From assembly GCA_951406725.2 (NCBI GenBank), contig OX597823.1, positions 64,480,001 through 64,544,000 on the forward strand: a stretch of 64,000 nt of DNA. The letters run 5' to 3'. Below, one piece after another: positions 37,623-52,039 of the stretch. The DNA comes from Octopus vulgaris. Lineage: Eukaryota. The notes beneath the pieces are model-generated. The model worked only from the letters and a program-made list of their open reading frames with translations. It was not told the DNA's origin and made no database searches. Numbering within the stretch: the stretch's first letter is position 1; each line of letters starts with the position of its first letter. The position numbers and the translations under genes are program-made.

Positions 37623-37775
37623 TGAAGGAGTGCTGAAAAGTTCCTGGCTTTGAGTAAAAGGTAATGCAGGAGGATCAGTAAATTATGATTTTATCCACAT
37701 ATTCCCCTCTCAGATTCACACACTTATTGCAGTGGTCCTTCAGTTTTTCTAAGCTCTGTAAAAGAACTTGGATGA
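37623..37775 (-). mobile_element. Mariner right-end fragment
   Basis: TIR-like GAAGGAGTGCTGAAAAGTTC. Minus strand LEKLKDHCNKCVNLRGEYVDK resembles a mariner transposase C-terminus. Confidence 0.7.
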
Positions 37776-38153
37776 TTGTACATCCACATATATTATTGAC
37801 CACACATACTGAACCCACATGTGCCTGGTGTCTGCCAGTAGGCTGTGACCTGGCACAGTGGAGATTACTCCCTTAAAGTGGTGAGTGTTAAAATACCTGA
37901 AAGTCATGGAGAGGCAAAACAACTTACCCCAGCTTCCACCCAGGAGTGATCGACATCAACATTTCACCATTTTAATGGCTCATCAACATCATGTACCCAA
38001 ACTGAATTGGTGGTGAATCATACTGCCAGTCCATGACTTACAAACATATAGTGTAAAAACTATGTACTGGTATGCCAGGACAATGCTTATGTATGCATTG
38101 TTATACATATACATGTGTGTGTGTGTGTGTGTGTGTATGTGTGTATGTATATT

Positions 38154-38207
<54 letters not shown>

Positions 38208-38932
38208 CATGTCTTTGTGTTTGTTTCAATGCCCACCACCACCACCATCACCACCAGCACTTGACAACTGTGTTGGTTTGTTCATGTCTTTCTAACTTAG
38301 AGGTTCAGCAAAAAGAAACCAATAAAATGAATATCAGGCTTAAAAATACAGGACCAGACTTCTTAAATTGTTTGACTAAACTCGTCAAGGGAGTGCTCCA
38401 GAATGGCCACCACAGTATAATAATGACTGATACAAGTGAAAGAATAAAAGAATATATGGTAGAATTAATCTTGGAATAGAACAAGTGAAAAAATTTACTG
38501 TCATTTTAGATAAATATATTCTTGAGATAGTAAATATTCCATGTGGCTGCCATTATTGCAGAATCAAACAATGATGCAATTCTGAAGATTTAACAACACA
38601 TTTTTGCAGATGGTTTTCATCTGAATTTAAATTAATTATCCTAACCTGTAATTCATCAACAGAATAAAGTTTTATTAAATAAACAATAGTTTAACGAGTC
38701 TCCATAAAATAAATCTGAAGTAATTATTAATTGAATTAGTTTTCAATATTAAATGATTAATAAAAAGAAATATTAATAATTGTCAAGTATTGCTGTCGGG
38801 TTAAGAGGTTTACTTATGGTTTTTGGTTCAGTGCTACTGTTTGGCATCTTGGACAAGTGTCTTCTGTAGTCACAAGTTGACAAGCTGACCAATGCCTTCT
38901 GAGTTCATTTGGTAGACAGAAACTGTTCAAAG

Positions 38933-39343
38933 GCGGCGAGCTGGCAGAAATGTTAGCACACCGGGCGAAATGCTTAGCGGTATTTCGTCTGCTGTTACGT
39001 TCTGAGTTCAAATTCCACCGAAGTCGACTTTGCCTGTCATCATTTTGGGGTCAATAAATTAAGTACCAGTTATGCACTGGGGTCGATGTAATCGACTTAA
39101 GCCATTTGTCTGTCCTTGTTTGTTTCTCTGTGTTTAGCCTCTTGTGGGTAGTAAAGAAATAGGTATTTCATCTGCCATTATGTTCTGAGTTCCAATTCTG
39201 CTGAGGTCGACTTTGCCTTTCATCCTTTTGGGGTTGATAAATTAAGTACCAGTTACACACTGGGGTCGATGTAATCGACTTACTCCCTTTGTTTGTCCTT
39301 GTTTGTCCCCTCTATGTTTAGCCCCTTGTGGGCAATAAAAATA
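38933..39343 (+). mobile_element. Dimeric SINE family A with perfect 15-bp TSD, inserted in a SINE B relic
   Basis: AGAAACTGTTCAAAG at 38918-38932 and 39344-39358. The second unit starts at ~39161. Confidence 0.88.
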
Positions 39344-39375
39344 AGAAACTGTTCAAAGCCTGCTTTGTGCACATT

Positions 39376-39407
<32 letters not shown>

Positions 39408-39499
39408 CATGTGTGTAAGGGTGGTGAGCTGGCAGAATCATTAGCATGCTGGGCACCAACAATGTGGTACTTATGTTCAATTTTCTAACTGGACTAGGA

Positions 39500-40135
39500 A
39501 TTAAGGATTAAGATCCTTCTTGAGTCATATAAACTCATAGGGCTGCTTTCCATGGTGTACATGTTCCCCACCTGGATGGCACGCTAGTCCATAAATGGAT
39601 TACTTTTCTTGCCAGCAGAGTGGACTGGGGCAATGTGAAATGAAGTATTTTGCTCAAGAACACAACATGTCAACTGGTCCAGGAATAGAAACCACAATCT
39701 TACAACCATGATTCCAAGCCATTATTGAAATCCTACATAACTCTGGTGAGGTCCACATTGGAGCATAGCTCTCACAACTAGGATGGTGCTACTATTGCAT
39801 ACAGGTGTCTTAGATTGATCTAACTAACTGGAACTCCATTGGTTATGACAATGAGTGTTCCAGTTGATCTGATCAATGGAACAGCCTGCTCATGAAATTA
39901 ACGTGCAAGTGGCTGAGCACTCCACAGACATGCGCTCCCTTAATGTAGTTCTCAGGTAGATACAGTGTTACACAAAATGTGACAAGGCTGGCCCTTTGAA
40001 TTACTGGTACAGCTCCTCTTAGCCAGCTGAGTGAACTGAAGGAATGTGAAATAAAGTGTTTTACTCAAAGACACAATGCTCTGTCAGGAATTGAACTCAT
40101 TAACTTACAATCATGAGCCAAATACCTTAATTACT
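39500..40135 (-). mobile_element. Two diverged tRNA-SINE copies (family C/D)
   Basis: Repeated AATGTGAAAT.AAGT.TTTT.CTCAA..ACACAA blocks. The second copy shares a tail with 41591-41770. Confidence 0.65.
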
Positions 40136-41093
40136 AATAACTATTGATTGACTGGCTTAAAGTTACTTACAGACATGCTCCAGTCTTTGACCTGTTGAGA
40201 TACTCTGTTCTTCTTTGCCTTTGCTATCTCTACTAGAATGGTTTTTATTCCTTGAACCTGGCAAGGCTTGTGCCACTTTGACTCTGGTTCTTTTGTCCCA
40301 TGCTTCTCTCCTCCATGTATGACCCTTGTTGTATCCAACCCTCTGGTCCCACACTAATCCTTATCGCCAGTTCTTCTGTCAAAGAATTTCAGACCTCTGG
40401 GATTACCGTCCAGTTCATATCCTGCAGATGCATTCTTACAATGATTTGCAAGGGAAACTAATGTCTTCAACCTCACTGGTCTAAGAGAATTTGCAAACAT
40501 AATAGGTACTGCTCCTTCCTCCAGATCTAACAAGTAAAGGACAAAACCAAAAGAAAAAAAAACAAACTGCAAAGAAGATAAAACAACAAAAAGACAGTCC
40601 AGTTCTGAGTTAAGGGCTTTTAACATAGACACAGCACAGTTACCTGTGGTCAGGATTAAAACTAAATTGAACCATGAACCTCTCATTTGCTTGACTGTTA
40701 GCATTCCTGTTTTTGTTTTAGAAGTTATTCAGTTAACGAATGGTGTTTGTGTTGTTTAAAGTTGTTTAAATAAGAAATCATAATTACTTTTCACAGAACG
40801 AATCAAAAATGTGGGTAACAGCATTTTTGTGAAAAAGAAAATTAATTTTTCACACTGGAGACTTTCATTCAATTCAGATGAATAACCTTTCTATTGGCGT
40901 AAAAAAAATACTGCGATGGTGAAACTGCATCATGCTTGAGTATCACAATAATGATGATGATGATGGTGATGGTGATGGTGGTGGTGGTGGTGGTGAAACT
41001 GCATCATGCTTGAACATATCACAATAATAATAATGATAATAATAATAATAATAATAATGGTGAAACTGCCTCATGCTTGAAAATATCACAATA

Positions 41094-41166
<73 letters not shown>

Positions 41167-41289
41167 AATGCAAGTACATTATTTATATATATGTGTATGT
41201 ACAGGCATGTGCACATGTATATACAAATAAAGAGAGGAAGCGAGAGATGGGAGCTCAATAACGACTCTCGTGGGGAAAAAACTGGAAAA

Positions 41290-44215
41290 ATGGGAAAAAG
41301 ACCAACCAAGAAAAATTAGAGAAGAAATATAAAACACTGAAGAACGAGTTTGATACAGTAATAGAACAGTTAAAACAAAGGATCATGGCAAAAAGCAAGA
41401 AGATCTGAAGATTTGTGAACAGAAATAAGCAGTTCGAGGAGAACAGATTGTTCCAAAATAACCCAAAGCAATTTTTTCCGAACGTTAGGAGACAATTGGG
41501 AAAATGTTGCTCCTGATGCAAATCAAGCCAAAAGAATTCTGTAGCGGATTATGTGGAAACAATGTGGTGCATGAAAGGGATACAATATGGGGGGAAGCAC
41601 TCCGTCGGTTATGACAATGAGGGTTCCAGTTGATCCGAATCAACGGAACAGCCTGCTCATGAAATTAACGTGTAAGTGGCTGAGCACTCCGCAGGCACGT
41701 GTACCCTTAACGTAGTTCTCGGGGATATTCAGCGTGACACAGAGAGTGACAAGGCCAGCCCTTTGATATACAGGTACAACAGAAACAGGAAGTAAGAGTG
41801 AGAGAAAGTTGTGGTGAAAGAGTACAGCAGGGATCACCACCATCCCTCGCCGGAGCCTCATGGAGCTTTAGGTGTTTTCGCTCAATAAACACTCACAACG
41901 CCCGGTCTGGGAATCGAAACCGCGATCCTATGACCGCGAGTCCGCTGCCCTAACCACTGGGCCATTGCGCCTCCACGGATACAATATGGATAGGAACTAT
42001 CAAGACAGAATTACAAGGAGGAAAGAAACAAAGGGATATTGTCATAAGCACAGGTGATGTGAAAGAACAAGTGGGTAAAGTGCCTAACTGGAAAGCCTCT
42101 GGACCAGATGAATGTATCAAGAATGGTACAGTCCCAATGTGGATGTTGACTGGGAGGACACCATTTGTAATGAAAGATAGAAGAAAGAGGAATATTGTGG
42201 GAAACTACTGTTCCATAGTATGCCTAAACATAATCTGGAAGATACTCACTGGAATATGTGTGGCAAAGACATATACTTTCCTGGCACAGGCAGAAATACT
42301 ACCAAGGGAATAAAAAGGATGTAAGAAGAGTTCTCAGGGTACCAAGGATCACCTGGTCATCGATAAAACAGTTTTGAGGTGTTGTAAAAGATATACAAAC
42401 ATGTCTATGGCTTGGATTGACTTTAAAAAGGTATATGATACGGTGCCGCAGATGTTTGGTGTTACTGACAACATCACAAATTTTCTGATGCATAGCATGA
42501 ATGAGTGGAAAACCAAATTGTACACAGGTTATGTATTCTTTGGAGAAGTTAATATTAAAAGGGGTATCTTCCAAGGTGACTCGTTTTCACTGTTACTTTT
42601 TGTAATTGCACTAATACCCATAACAATGACACTTAGGAAAGTTAAGATGGGTTACCAATGTGGGAAGAAAGGCCCATCATTGAACCATCTTCTGTTTATA
42701 GATGACCTGAAATCATTTGGGAAATCTGAAAAACAGATAGATTCCTTAACCAAAACAGTCCAGAAATGTTGTAGGGGCTTCGGTATGGAATTTGGGATTA
42801 CCAAATGCTCAGTACTTAATATGAAAAGAGGATAGAAAGCAGCCTGCAGAGGATTGCGGTTACCATCAAGAGATACCATGGGTGAACCCAATGGTAGTGA
42901 GTATAGATATTTAGGGATTTTGGAACTGAATGACATTCTACACAGGTCAAGGTCAGTGAGGCATATCAAAAAAGGGTGAAGATGGTGTTGAAATCCAACC
43001 TGAATGCTAAAAATTTGATTACCGCAATGAATATCTGAGCAGTTGTGGTGGTCAGATATAGTGTGTTCATCGTCAAACAGAATAAAGAGGGAATATTAAC
43101 ACTGAATAGAAGAATGAGTAAGTTGATGATGCTGCATGGAGTGCTACACTCTAAAGCAAACATAAGCAGCCTGTATATGAAAAGAAAGAATGGTGGCAGA
43201 AGACTAAATAGTTATAGAATATTGTATAAGGAGTGGAAGGAAGACACTTGCCGAGTATTTGATAAATAGTGATGAAGACGTGCTGCAATATGCTGTGAAA
43301 GATATGGGTGTAAATCCAGATGAAATGATGAGCAAGGAAGAGTTTAACCAAAGAGCTGAGAAGAGAAAAGAAGACCTTGAAATGAGGATGCATGGGCAGT
43401 TTGAAAGGAATACACAAGACATTAAGGATAATACAGCATCGTGGGCATGGCTTGAGTGAGGTGATTTGAAGCATACCACCGAAAGCCTGATCATTGCTGC
43501 ACAATACCAGGCTCTTGCTACCAATTCAGTGAAGTATAACAGCTATAAAACTTCTGACACCTAGAAATGCAGACCCTGTGGAAAAAGTGTGGAAAATGTG
43601 CCCCACTTGGTAAGTAGATGTGAGAGCCTTGCACAAAAGGAATACAAGCGCTGCTACAATAAAGTGTGTATGTATTTTCATTTGCTTTTATGCCATAAAT
43701 ACCAATATGAAGTAATAGAGAACTGGTATGAGCATGTACAAGTAAAGTTATGCAGGAGGATAGGAAAGTACTGATACTCTGGGACTATTATTTCCAGACA
43801 GATTGTCTAATCGAAAACCATGGGCCGGATATTGTCATACTGAATAAGAGATGCAAATACTGTCAGATCATTGATGTAGCCATACTAAATGACATGAATG
43901 TTGTAAAGCGGTTGAAAAAAATCATCAAGTACTCCGAACTGAAAGTGGAAATGGTGAGACTGTATGGAATGCGAGAGGAGAATGTAAAAGTGATACCAGC
44001 GGTGATCGGAGTGCTGGGCTCAATCCCATTGAAACTTCAAAACTTCTTAAGGCAACTGGAAATCCCATGCAAGATTGATGTCTTGCAAAAAGCAACCGTA
44101 TTGGCCACAGCGCACATCTTAAGGAAAATATTATCTGTTGAGGTCTTTGTTGTGACTTGACAGATGACTAAAGACTCCATGCATTTTTACCTACATTGTG
44201 TTATGAAGGAATAAT
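41290..44215 (+). mobile_element. R4/Dong-clade RLE non-LTR retrotransposon, 5'-truncated and pseudogenised (RT, CCHC, PD-(D/E)xK endonuclease)
   Basis: [44 protein letters not shown], CRxC...PHLVSRC, PDIVILNK...IIDVAI, KYSEL and ATAHILRK motifs across frameshifts. Ends in TAATAA repeats. Confidence 0.92.
41591..41976 (-). mobile_element. Young tRNA-derived SINE inserted in the Dong element, 13-bp TSD
   Basis: Minus head GTGGAGGCGCAATGGCCCAGTGGTTAGGGC...GGTTTCGATTCCC. GGATACAATATGG at 41578-41590 and 41977-41989. Confidence 0.92.
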
Positions 44216-44243
44216 AATGATGATAATAATAATACTAATAATA

Positions 44244-44610
44244 ACGAGCACTCAGAGAGCGTAAACCTCTGCCAAGGCAACATCAATGTTCTCTCAATGA
44301 TTTTCTGGAGATTATTTTTAAAATGAGAATATCTAAAATGAACTCGACTGCTTTCATGAATGAGAATACTAAAAATGAACCCGACTGCTCTCAAAAATTA
44401 AGTAAAAGTTAAAAAACAGGAAAAATAATCCAGAATCTTTGTCCGGTACCAGATCGATCCCAAAATCTAATCGGTTCATGCCAGTCATGAGGCCAAAAAT
44501 CCTTGAAAGTTTCATCTGAATCCATCCAGTGGTTCTTGGGACATCTTGTCCACAGACAAACAAACATGTCTGAAAACAACACCTCCGCCTTCGCTAAAGC
44601 AGAGGTGAAA
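44244..44610 (-). mobile_element. Helentron-associated non-autonomous element (HINE/DINE-1-like)
   Basis: Minus strand 5' ACCTCTGC..GCGGAGGT hairpin, GTTT/GTCT microsatellite, GGATTCAGATGAAACTTT, 3' subterminal GGCAGAGGT and terminal stem CGCTC-TCT-GAGTG. Confidence 0.68.
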
Positions 44611-44650
44611 ATAACACTAACAATGACAATAATAATAGTAATGATAATAA

Positions 44651-44682
<32 letters not shown>

Positions 44683-44974
44683 CTACTACTACTACTACTT
44701 AATGATAATAATAAAAATAATTGATACAGCTATGATAACAATCTATTAAAAATTTTGTTGTATTTACCCACCCACCCCCTCAACTGTTCCATTATTTACA
44801 GATGATGTAATCATATTTACATTTATGCTTGAAATGATTCAACTTGCAGTAACAATAAATAAAAAGTATGTAAACAAATTAGAAATAAATACGAAATAAA
44901 AATAGAAATGAAATTTATTTTTAAATGTAAAATATTTCCTATGAACCATTAAGAAAAATGGTGTAAAATTGGCT

Positions 44975-45488
<514 letters not shown>

Positions 45489-45494
45489 ATTTGG

Positions 45495-45976
45495 GGTTGG
45501 CAGAATCATTAGCATGCTGGGCAAAATGCTTAGCAGCATTTCGTCTGTCTTTATGTTCTGAGTTCAAATTCCACTGAGGTTGACTTCACCATTCATCTTT
45601 TAGGGGTTGATAAATTATGTACCAGTTGAGTACTGGGGTCGATGTAATTCCTTCCCATCAAATTTATAGTCCCCTTCTACCAAATTTCAGACCTTGTGCA
45701 TTTAGTAGAAAGGATAATCATCATCACCATCATCATTATTGTTGTTGGTGTTGTTGTTGCTCTCTTTATTCTTTTACTTTTTTACTCGTTTCAGTCATTT
45801 GACTGTGGCTATGCTGGAACACCGCCTTTAGTCGGGCAAATCGATTTCAGGACTTATTCTTTGTGAGCCTAGTACTTATTCTATCGGTCACTTTTGCTGA
45901 ACCGCTAAGTTACGGGGACATAAACACACCAGCATCAGTTGCCAAGCGATGTTAGGGGAAAAACACAGACACACAA

Positions 45977-46031
<55 letters not shown>

Positions 46032-46209
46032 TACACATATATACGACAGGCTTCTTTCAGTTTCCGTCTACCAAATCCACTCACAAGGTTTTGCTCGGCC
46101 CGAGGCTATAGTAGAAGACACTTGCCCAAGGTGCCACACAGTGGGACTGAACCCGAAACCATGTGGTTCATAAGCAAGCTACTTACCACACAACCACTCC
46201 TATGCCTAT
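45495..46209. mobile_element. SINE A (+, ~45495-45715) and SINE B (-, ~45772-46209)
   Basis: Diagnostic blocks of both families. Confidence 0.85.
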
Positions 46210-46947
46210 AGTATACAGTACAGTATACATTTTTTTTATTATTTATATAATTTATATATATTTATTTTATTATAAACACAAAACAACACCACAGAGGTAT
46301 CAACATAAGCTTAAATAATAAACAGTAATAGGTGAACCGTGATATGGCAAGCGATTACAATAAAATATATATTGTTTGCATCGGTATTTTTTCTATTCAC
46401 TGAGTTTTATTTGTGTTAATGCTCACCTTTGTCAGGAACTTTGTAACCTCTAGTTTCCTGGATGTGAATTTTGAATAATGAGGTAAAATTGAACCTTCAG
46501 CACTGATATAGCAAGATTGCTGTTAGTTATGTGATAACTGATCTGAATTTGTAAATTAGATATATGTTTCTTTTGTGCAAGGAATGTAAATAATTGAAAT
46601 ATTATTAGTATTTTTATTTTCATTTCTTATATATTTTTATTTAATTTTAATTTTTTTTTTTATTTTTTACGACTCTATGGGAACAGCATTTTTGTTTTTG
46701 AATTACTACAGCTGAATCTTGGAGGAAGTCATTTTCACCAGTTTACTTGGTTCACAGCATTTTTGAATAGAAATAAAATTGATAAAAAAGATGTCAGTGA
46801 AAGAATTATAAACAAATAAATAGAATGAATGCTAGATAGACAGAATAATAACGAGCCAGTTAGCTAACTTGACAGATAAATAGGTAAATAAACAAAGAGA
46901 TACATACATATATACACATACATACATACATATATATATATATAAAG

Positions 46948-46980
<33 letters not shown>

Positions 46981-47215
46981 CATAAATACATACATATATA
47001 CATACATACATTGGTAGATAAACAGATAGAAAGACAGGTCAATTGGTAGATAGGGTAGATAGAGTGGCAGATAGATGTGTTGAATAATTGGGTGTTAGGT
47101 GATGGTAAAACTGATAAAGTGAGGTAAAAGAATAAATGCCCCCACATAAATAGCAAAGATTTATACACACACTGATAGACATAAATGAGCAGACACATAT
47201 ACATATATGTAAATA

Positions 47216-47268
<53 letters not shown>

Positions 47269-47354
47269 GAATTGAGATTTTAGATAGAGAGTTATAGATA
47301 CACAAGAAAGTGATAAAGAGAGAGTAAGAGAAAAGATATGACTATATGTGTGTG

Positions 47355-47406
<52 letters not shown>

Positions 47407-47409
<3 letters not shown>

Positions 47410-47649
47410 GGTTGGTGCATAATTATTGCGGCTTTTTTCCGACAAATTTTATTCAACAAAAACAATAACAATATTTAACAAAACCATCTTTAAATGGCAG
47501 TCTGACCACCTGCCAAGCAAATGGGAAGTGGTAATAGAAGTAGGTGGTGAATATGCTCCAGAATAATCATTTAAAGATGTTTTTGATGCATGTTGTTATT
47601 GTTTTTGTTGAATAAAATTTGTCGAAAAACCGCAATAATTATGCACCAA

Positions 47650-47650
<1 letters not shown>
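47407..47650. mobile_element. Mariner-derived MITE with long inverted termini in a TA run
   Basis: TTGGGTTGGTGCATAATTATTGCGG ... CCGCAATAATTATGCACCAA. Arms extend ~85 bp and resemble MADE1/Hsmar1-type TIRs. Confidence 0.82.
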
Positions 47651-47691
<41 letters not shown>

Positions 47692-47783
47692 CACACATAT
47701 ATTGTCATATCTTTTCTCTTACTCTCTCTTTCTCTATCATTCTCTTGTGTAACTGTAACTCTCCATCTACAAATCTCAATGTA

Positions 47784-47820
<37 letters not shown>

Positions 47821-47822
<2 letters not shown>

Positions 47823-49555
47823 TCATCATCATCATCATCATTTAGCGTCCGTTTTCCATGCTAGCATGGGTTGGACGGTTCAACTGGGGTCTGGGGAGCC
47901 CGAAGGCTGCACCAGGCCAGTCAGATCTGGCAGTGTTTCTACAGCTGGATGCCCTTCCTAACGCCAACCACTCCGAGAGTGTAGTGGGTGATTTTATGTG
48001 CCACCGACACAGGTGCCAGACGAGGCTGGCGAACGGCCACGCTCGGATGGTGTTTTTATGTGCCACCGACACAGGTGCCAGACGAGGCTGGCAGACGGCC
48101 ACGATCGGATGGTGTTTGTTACGTCCCCAAAGCACGGAGGCCAGTCTATGCGGTACTGGCTACGGCCCCGGTACTGGTACCACAAAGATACAAATTCCAT
48201 TGATGTTCATCTATTTTGATTTGGTTTGATTTTGATTTTCACTTGCCTCAACAGGTCTTCACAAGTGTCACACGTGTCACACACTTGCCTCAACAGGTCT
48301 CCACAAGTGTCACACACTTGCCTCTGCCTCAACAGGTCTTCACAAAGTGTCACACACTTGCCTCTGCCTCAACAGGTCTTCACAAGTGTCACACACTTGC
48401 CTCAACAGGTCTTCACAAGTGTCATAAGAGGGAAGGTATGCACAGGTGGACTGACTACGTCGCCGGGTCTTCGGATGGTGTTTTTATGTGCCACCGACAC
48501 AGGTGCCAGATGAGGCTGGTGAACGGCCACGATCAGATGGTGTTTGTTGTGCCCACAGCACGGAGGCCAGTCGATGCGGTACTGGCTACGGCCACGTTCA
48601 GATGGTTTTCTTGTGTGCCACCAGTACTGGAACCACAAAGATACAAATTCCATTGATGTTCATCTATTTTGATTTGGTTTGATTTTGATTTTCACTTGCC
48701 TCAACAGGTCTTCACAAGTGTCACACGTGTCACACACTTGCCTCAACAGGTCTCCACAAGTGTCACACACTTGCCTCTGCCTCAACAGGTCTTCACAAAG
48801 TGTCACACACTTGCCTCTGCCTCAACAGGTCTTCACAAGTGTCACACACTTGCCTCAACAGGTCTTCACAAGTGTCATAAGAGGGAAGGTATGCACAGGT
48901 GGACTGACTACGTCGCCGGGTCTTCGGATGGTGTCTTTATGTGCCACCGACACAGGTGCCAGATGAGGCTGGTGAACGGCCACGATCGGATGGTGTTTGT
49001 TGTGCCCACAGCACGGAGGCCAGTCGATGCGGTACTGGCTACGGCCACGTTTGGGTGGTTTTCTTGTGTGCCACCGGCACTGGTACCACAAAGAATACAA
49101 TTCCATTGATGTTCATCTATTTTGATTTGTTTTGATTTGATTTTCACTTGCCTCAACAGGTCTTCATAAGTGTCACAAGAAGGAAGGTATGCACAGGAGG
49201 ACTGACTACGTCCCAGGTAGGGGCCACGGGTTATGGCCTGACTAGTCTTGCCGGGTCTTCTCACGTACAGCATACTTCCATAGGTCTCGGTCTCTAGACA
49301 TTTCCTTAGTGAGACCTAAAGTTCGAAGGTCGTGCTTCACCACCTCGTCCCAGGTTTTCCTGGGTCTACCTCTTCCACAGGTTCCCTCAACTGCTAGGGT
49401 GTAGCACTTTTGCACACAACTATCTTCAGCCTTTCTCGTCACATGACCATACCAGCGCAGCCGTCTCTCTTGCACACCACAACTGACGCTTCTTAGGTTC
49501 AACTTTTCTCTCAAGGAACTTACACTCTGACGATTATGAACACTGACATTACACA
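47821..49555 (-). mobile_element. RTE LINE 3' fragment with a 453-bp tandem UTR duplication
   Basis: [12 protein letters not shown]...GRGRPRKTW...REKTRQD at 49242-49555, duplicated UTR blocks and (GAT)n tail. Confidence 0.92.
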
Positions 49556-49561
49556 TATATA

Positions 49562-49699
<138 letters not shown>

Positions 49700-50582
49700 G
49701 GGTGTCTGCTCGGGGGCAATGGGAAAACTGAAATAGATAAAAGAATAATGAATGCATAACCTTTTCCTGGAAAATATGAACTAAAAATATTAAATGGAAT
49801 TTGAACGTTGTAAGAGGTTATATTTCGTTCACTGTTATAATAGAGTCTGAGAAAATAATAACATATACAATTGTTTACGAAACACAAACAAAGAATACGT
49901 ATACAAACAATGAATATATGTTTGTGTGTTAATATACATCAGACTATCAAACAAACATACAAACAGACAAATATGCTTTGTGAGACATGGAAAAACACAC
50001 ACACAAACATGTGGTAGAAGTAAAAAAACAGAAAACTGTAGAGTTTTCCGAACAGATGTGGAGAAGGATTTCTAAAGGTAAAAATGTATTTCAAAGTTAA
50101 GAATATTATTGATTCAAAATAGTGTGTATGTGTGTGCAGGTATTGAAGGAACGTGGTTCTCAACTACCAAAACTCATCTGTTTGCCAAATTCAATGATGC
50201 TGTGCACAAATGGAATTAATTATCAGATATTTCTTTCCTGCTGTGTTTCATCTTGATTATGATGAAATAGGGGGGAAAAACATAATACATGACTATACAA
50301 TATTTGCTAAATAGATACAAGAAACCATATGTCTACATGAATGTATGTGTGCATGTGTGTGTGTGTGTGTTTTTTTTGTGTTTGTATAAGAATATAAACA
50401 GGTATGTATATGGAGTATATTTGTGTGTGCATGTAAAGACATAAATATATAATTGTTAAAGTTTTCTACTGTTTAGTTGCTTAAAATATTACGTAAAAGA
50501 GACACCCATTAGATGACATACCAGAATCTGCAGACCAACATATATGTTATGAAATTTTGCTCTTCTAATATCCAGCCTAATA

Positions 50583-50990
50583 TCATCATTTAACATCCGC
50601 TTTCCATGCTAGCATGGGTTGGACGATTTGACTGAGGGCTGGCGAACCAGATGGCTGCACCAGGCTCCAATCTTGATCTGGCAGAGTTTCTACAGCTGGA
50701 TGCCCTTCCTAATGCCAACCACTCCAAGAGTGTAGTGGGTGCTTCTATGTGCCACCGGCACGGGGGCCAGTCAGGCGGTACTGGTAACGACCTCGCTCGA
50801 ATGTTCTTACAATTGCCAGTAAGGTGACGCTGGTAACAATCACGCTCAAATGGTGCCTTTTACGTGTCACTGGCACTGAAGCCAGTTAGCCGCTCTGGCA
50901 ACGGTCACACTCGGATGGTGCTCTTAGCACCCTACTAGCATGGGGCACATGTGCCAGTAAGGTGATGCTGGTAACGATCACACTTGAAAT
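50583..50990 (-). mobile_element. RTE 3' UTR fragment
   Basis: Same tail block as 32719-33310. Confidence 0.85.
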
Positions 50991-51404
50991 AAATATAATT
51001 AAGGGTTTAGCAACAAGTTACCTCACCACATACCGAAAATTTAGAAATAGCAGTCAAAAATAGCTAATTCTTTTAACTATAAATATAACTCCATAGACAG
51101 CAATACTCATAACTCGCATTGGCAAAAAGAAGAAAAAAATAATGAAATCAAGCAGTCTACGATTAATCATGTACATATTCCGGGATTAGAATTATAAAAT
51201 TCATTTCCTTCATCAGCATGATATTTCAAGATTATAAATTTGAAAATGCTAAAACCTACCCGATGCATCTTCGATCAAGCAACATCGAAGCATAACATAA
51301 GGTAATCAGCATTTCTGAAATTATATAGACGAGTAATTCCATATCTTTCCCTCCAAGATTACCAGGTGCGTCACAAGATAGTACTGCAGAAAAAGACTGC
51401 AGTT

Positions 51405-51507
<103 letters not shown>

Positions 51508-51508
51508 G

Positions 51509-51736
51509 GGCGGCGAGCTGGCAGAAACGTTAGCACGCCGGGCGAAATGCTTAGCCGTATTTCGTCTGCCGTTAAGTGTTCTGGGTTCAAAATCCGCCGA
51601 GGTCGACTTTGCCTTTCATCCTTTCGGGGTCGATAAATTAAGTACCAGTTACGCACTGGGGTCGATGTAATCGACTTAATCCCTTTGTCTGTCCTTGTTC
51701 GTCCCTTCTATGTTTGGCCCCTTGTGGGCAGTAAAG

Positions 51737-51740
<4 letters not shown>
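51509..51740 (+). mobile_element. Young SINE family A inside a (TA)n array
   Basis: Near-consensus CpG-rich copy, GGCGGCGAGCTGGCAGAAACGTTAGC...GTAAAGAAAT. Confidence 0.92.
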
Positions 51741-51797
<57 letters not shown>

Positions 51798-52000
51798 ATG
51801 CAGCACGGATTTTTGTCAGTGAACAGGTCGCGGATTTTAGCGACGAAAATATTTTGACAAATTAAACTTAAATGTTGAAGTGAATTGAACGGCTTTTGTG
51901 TGTTTCTTAAATGGCTTACAAACACCTTCCACGCTGCAATTGTTTACGTTTCAGCACACGATCTCAGATCAAATCACTTGCTAATGCGAGTACATCTCCG

Positions 52001-52039
<39 letters not shown>

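Noticed and set aside
40354-40704. 116-aa minus-strand ORF in unique-looking sequence
   Set aside because: No recognisable motif, no ATG context or splice support.
41880-41976. tRNA gene
   Set aside because: The A/B boxes belong to a SINE head enclosed by a TSD. The same applies to other tRNA-like heads in the window.
46427-46520. Possible minus-strand exon with AAG|GTGAGC donor
   Set aside because: Acceptor lacks a good pyrimidine tract and the peptide is unrecognisable.
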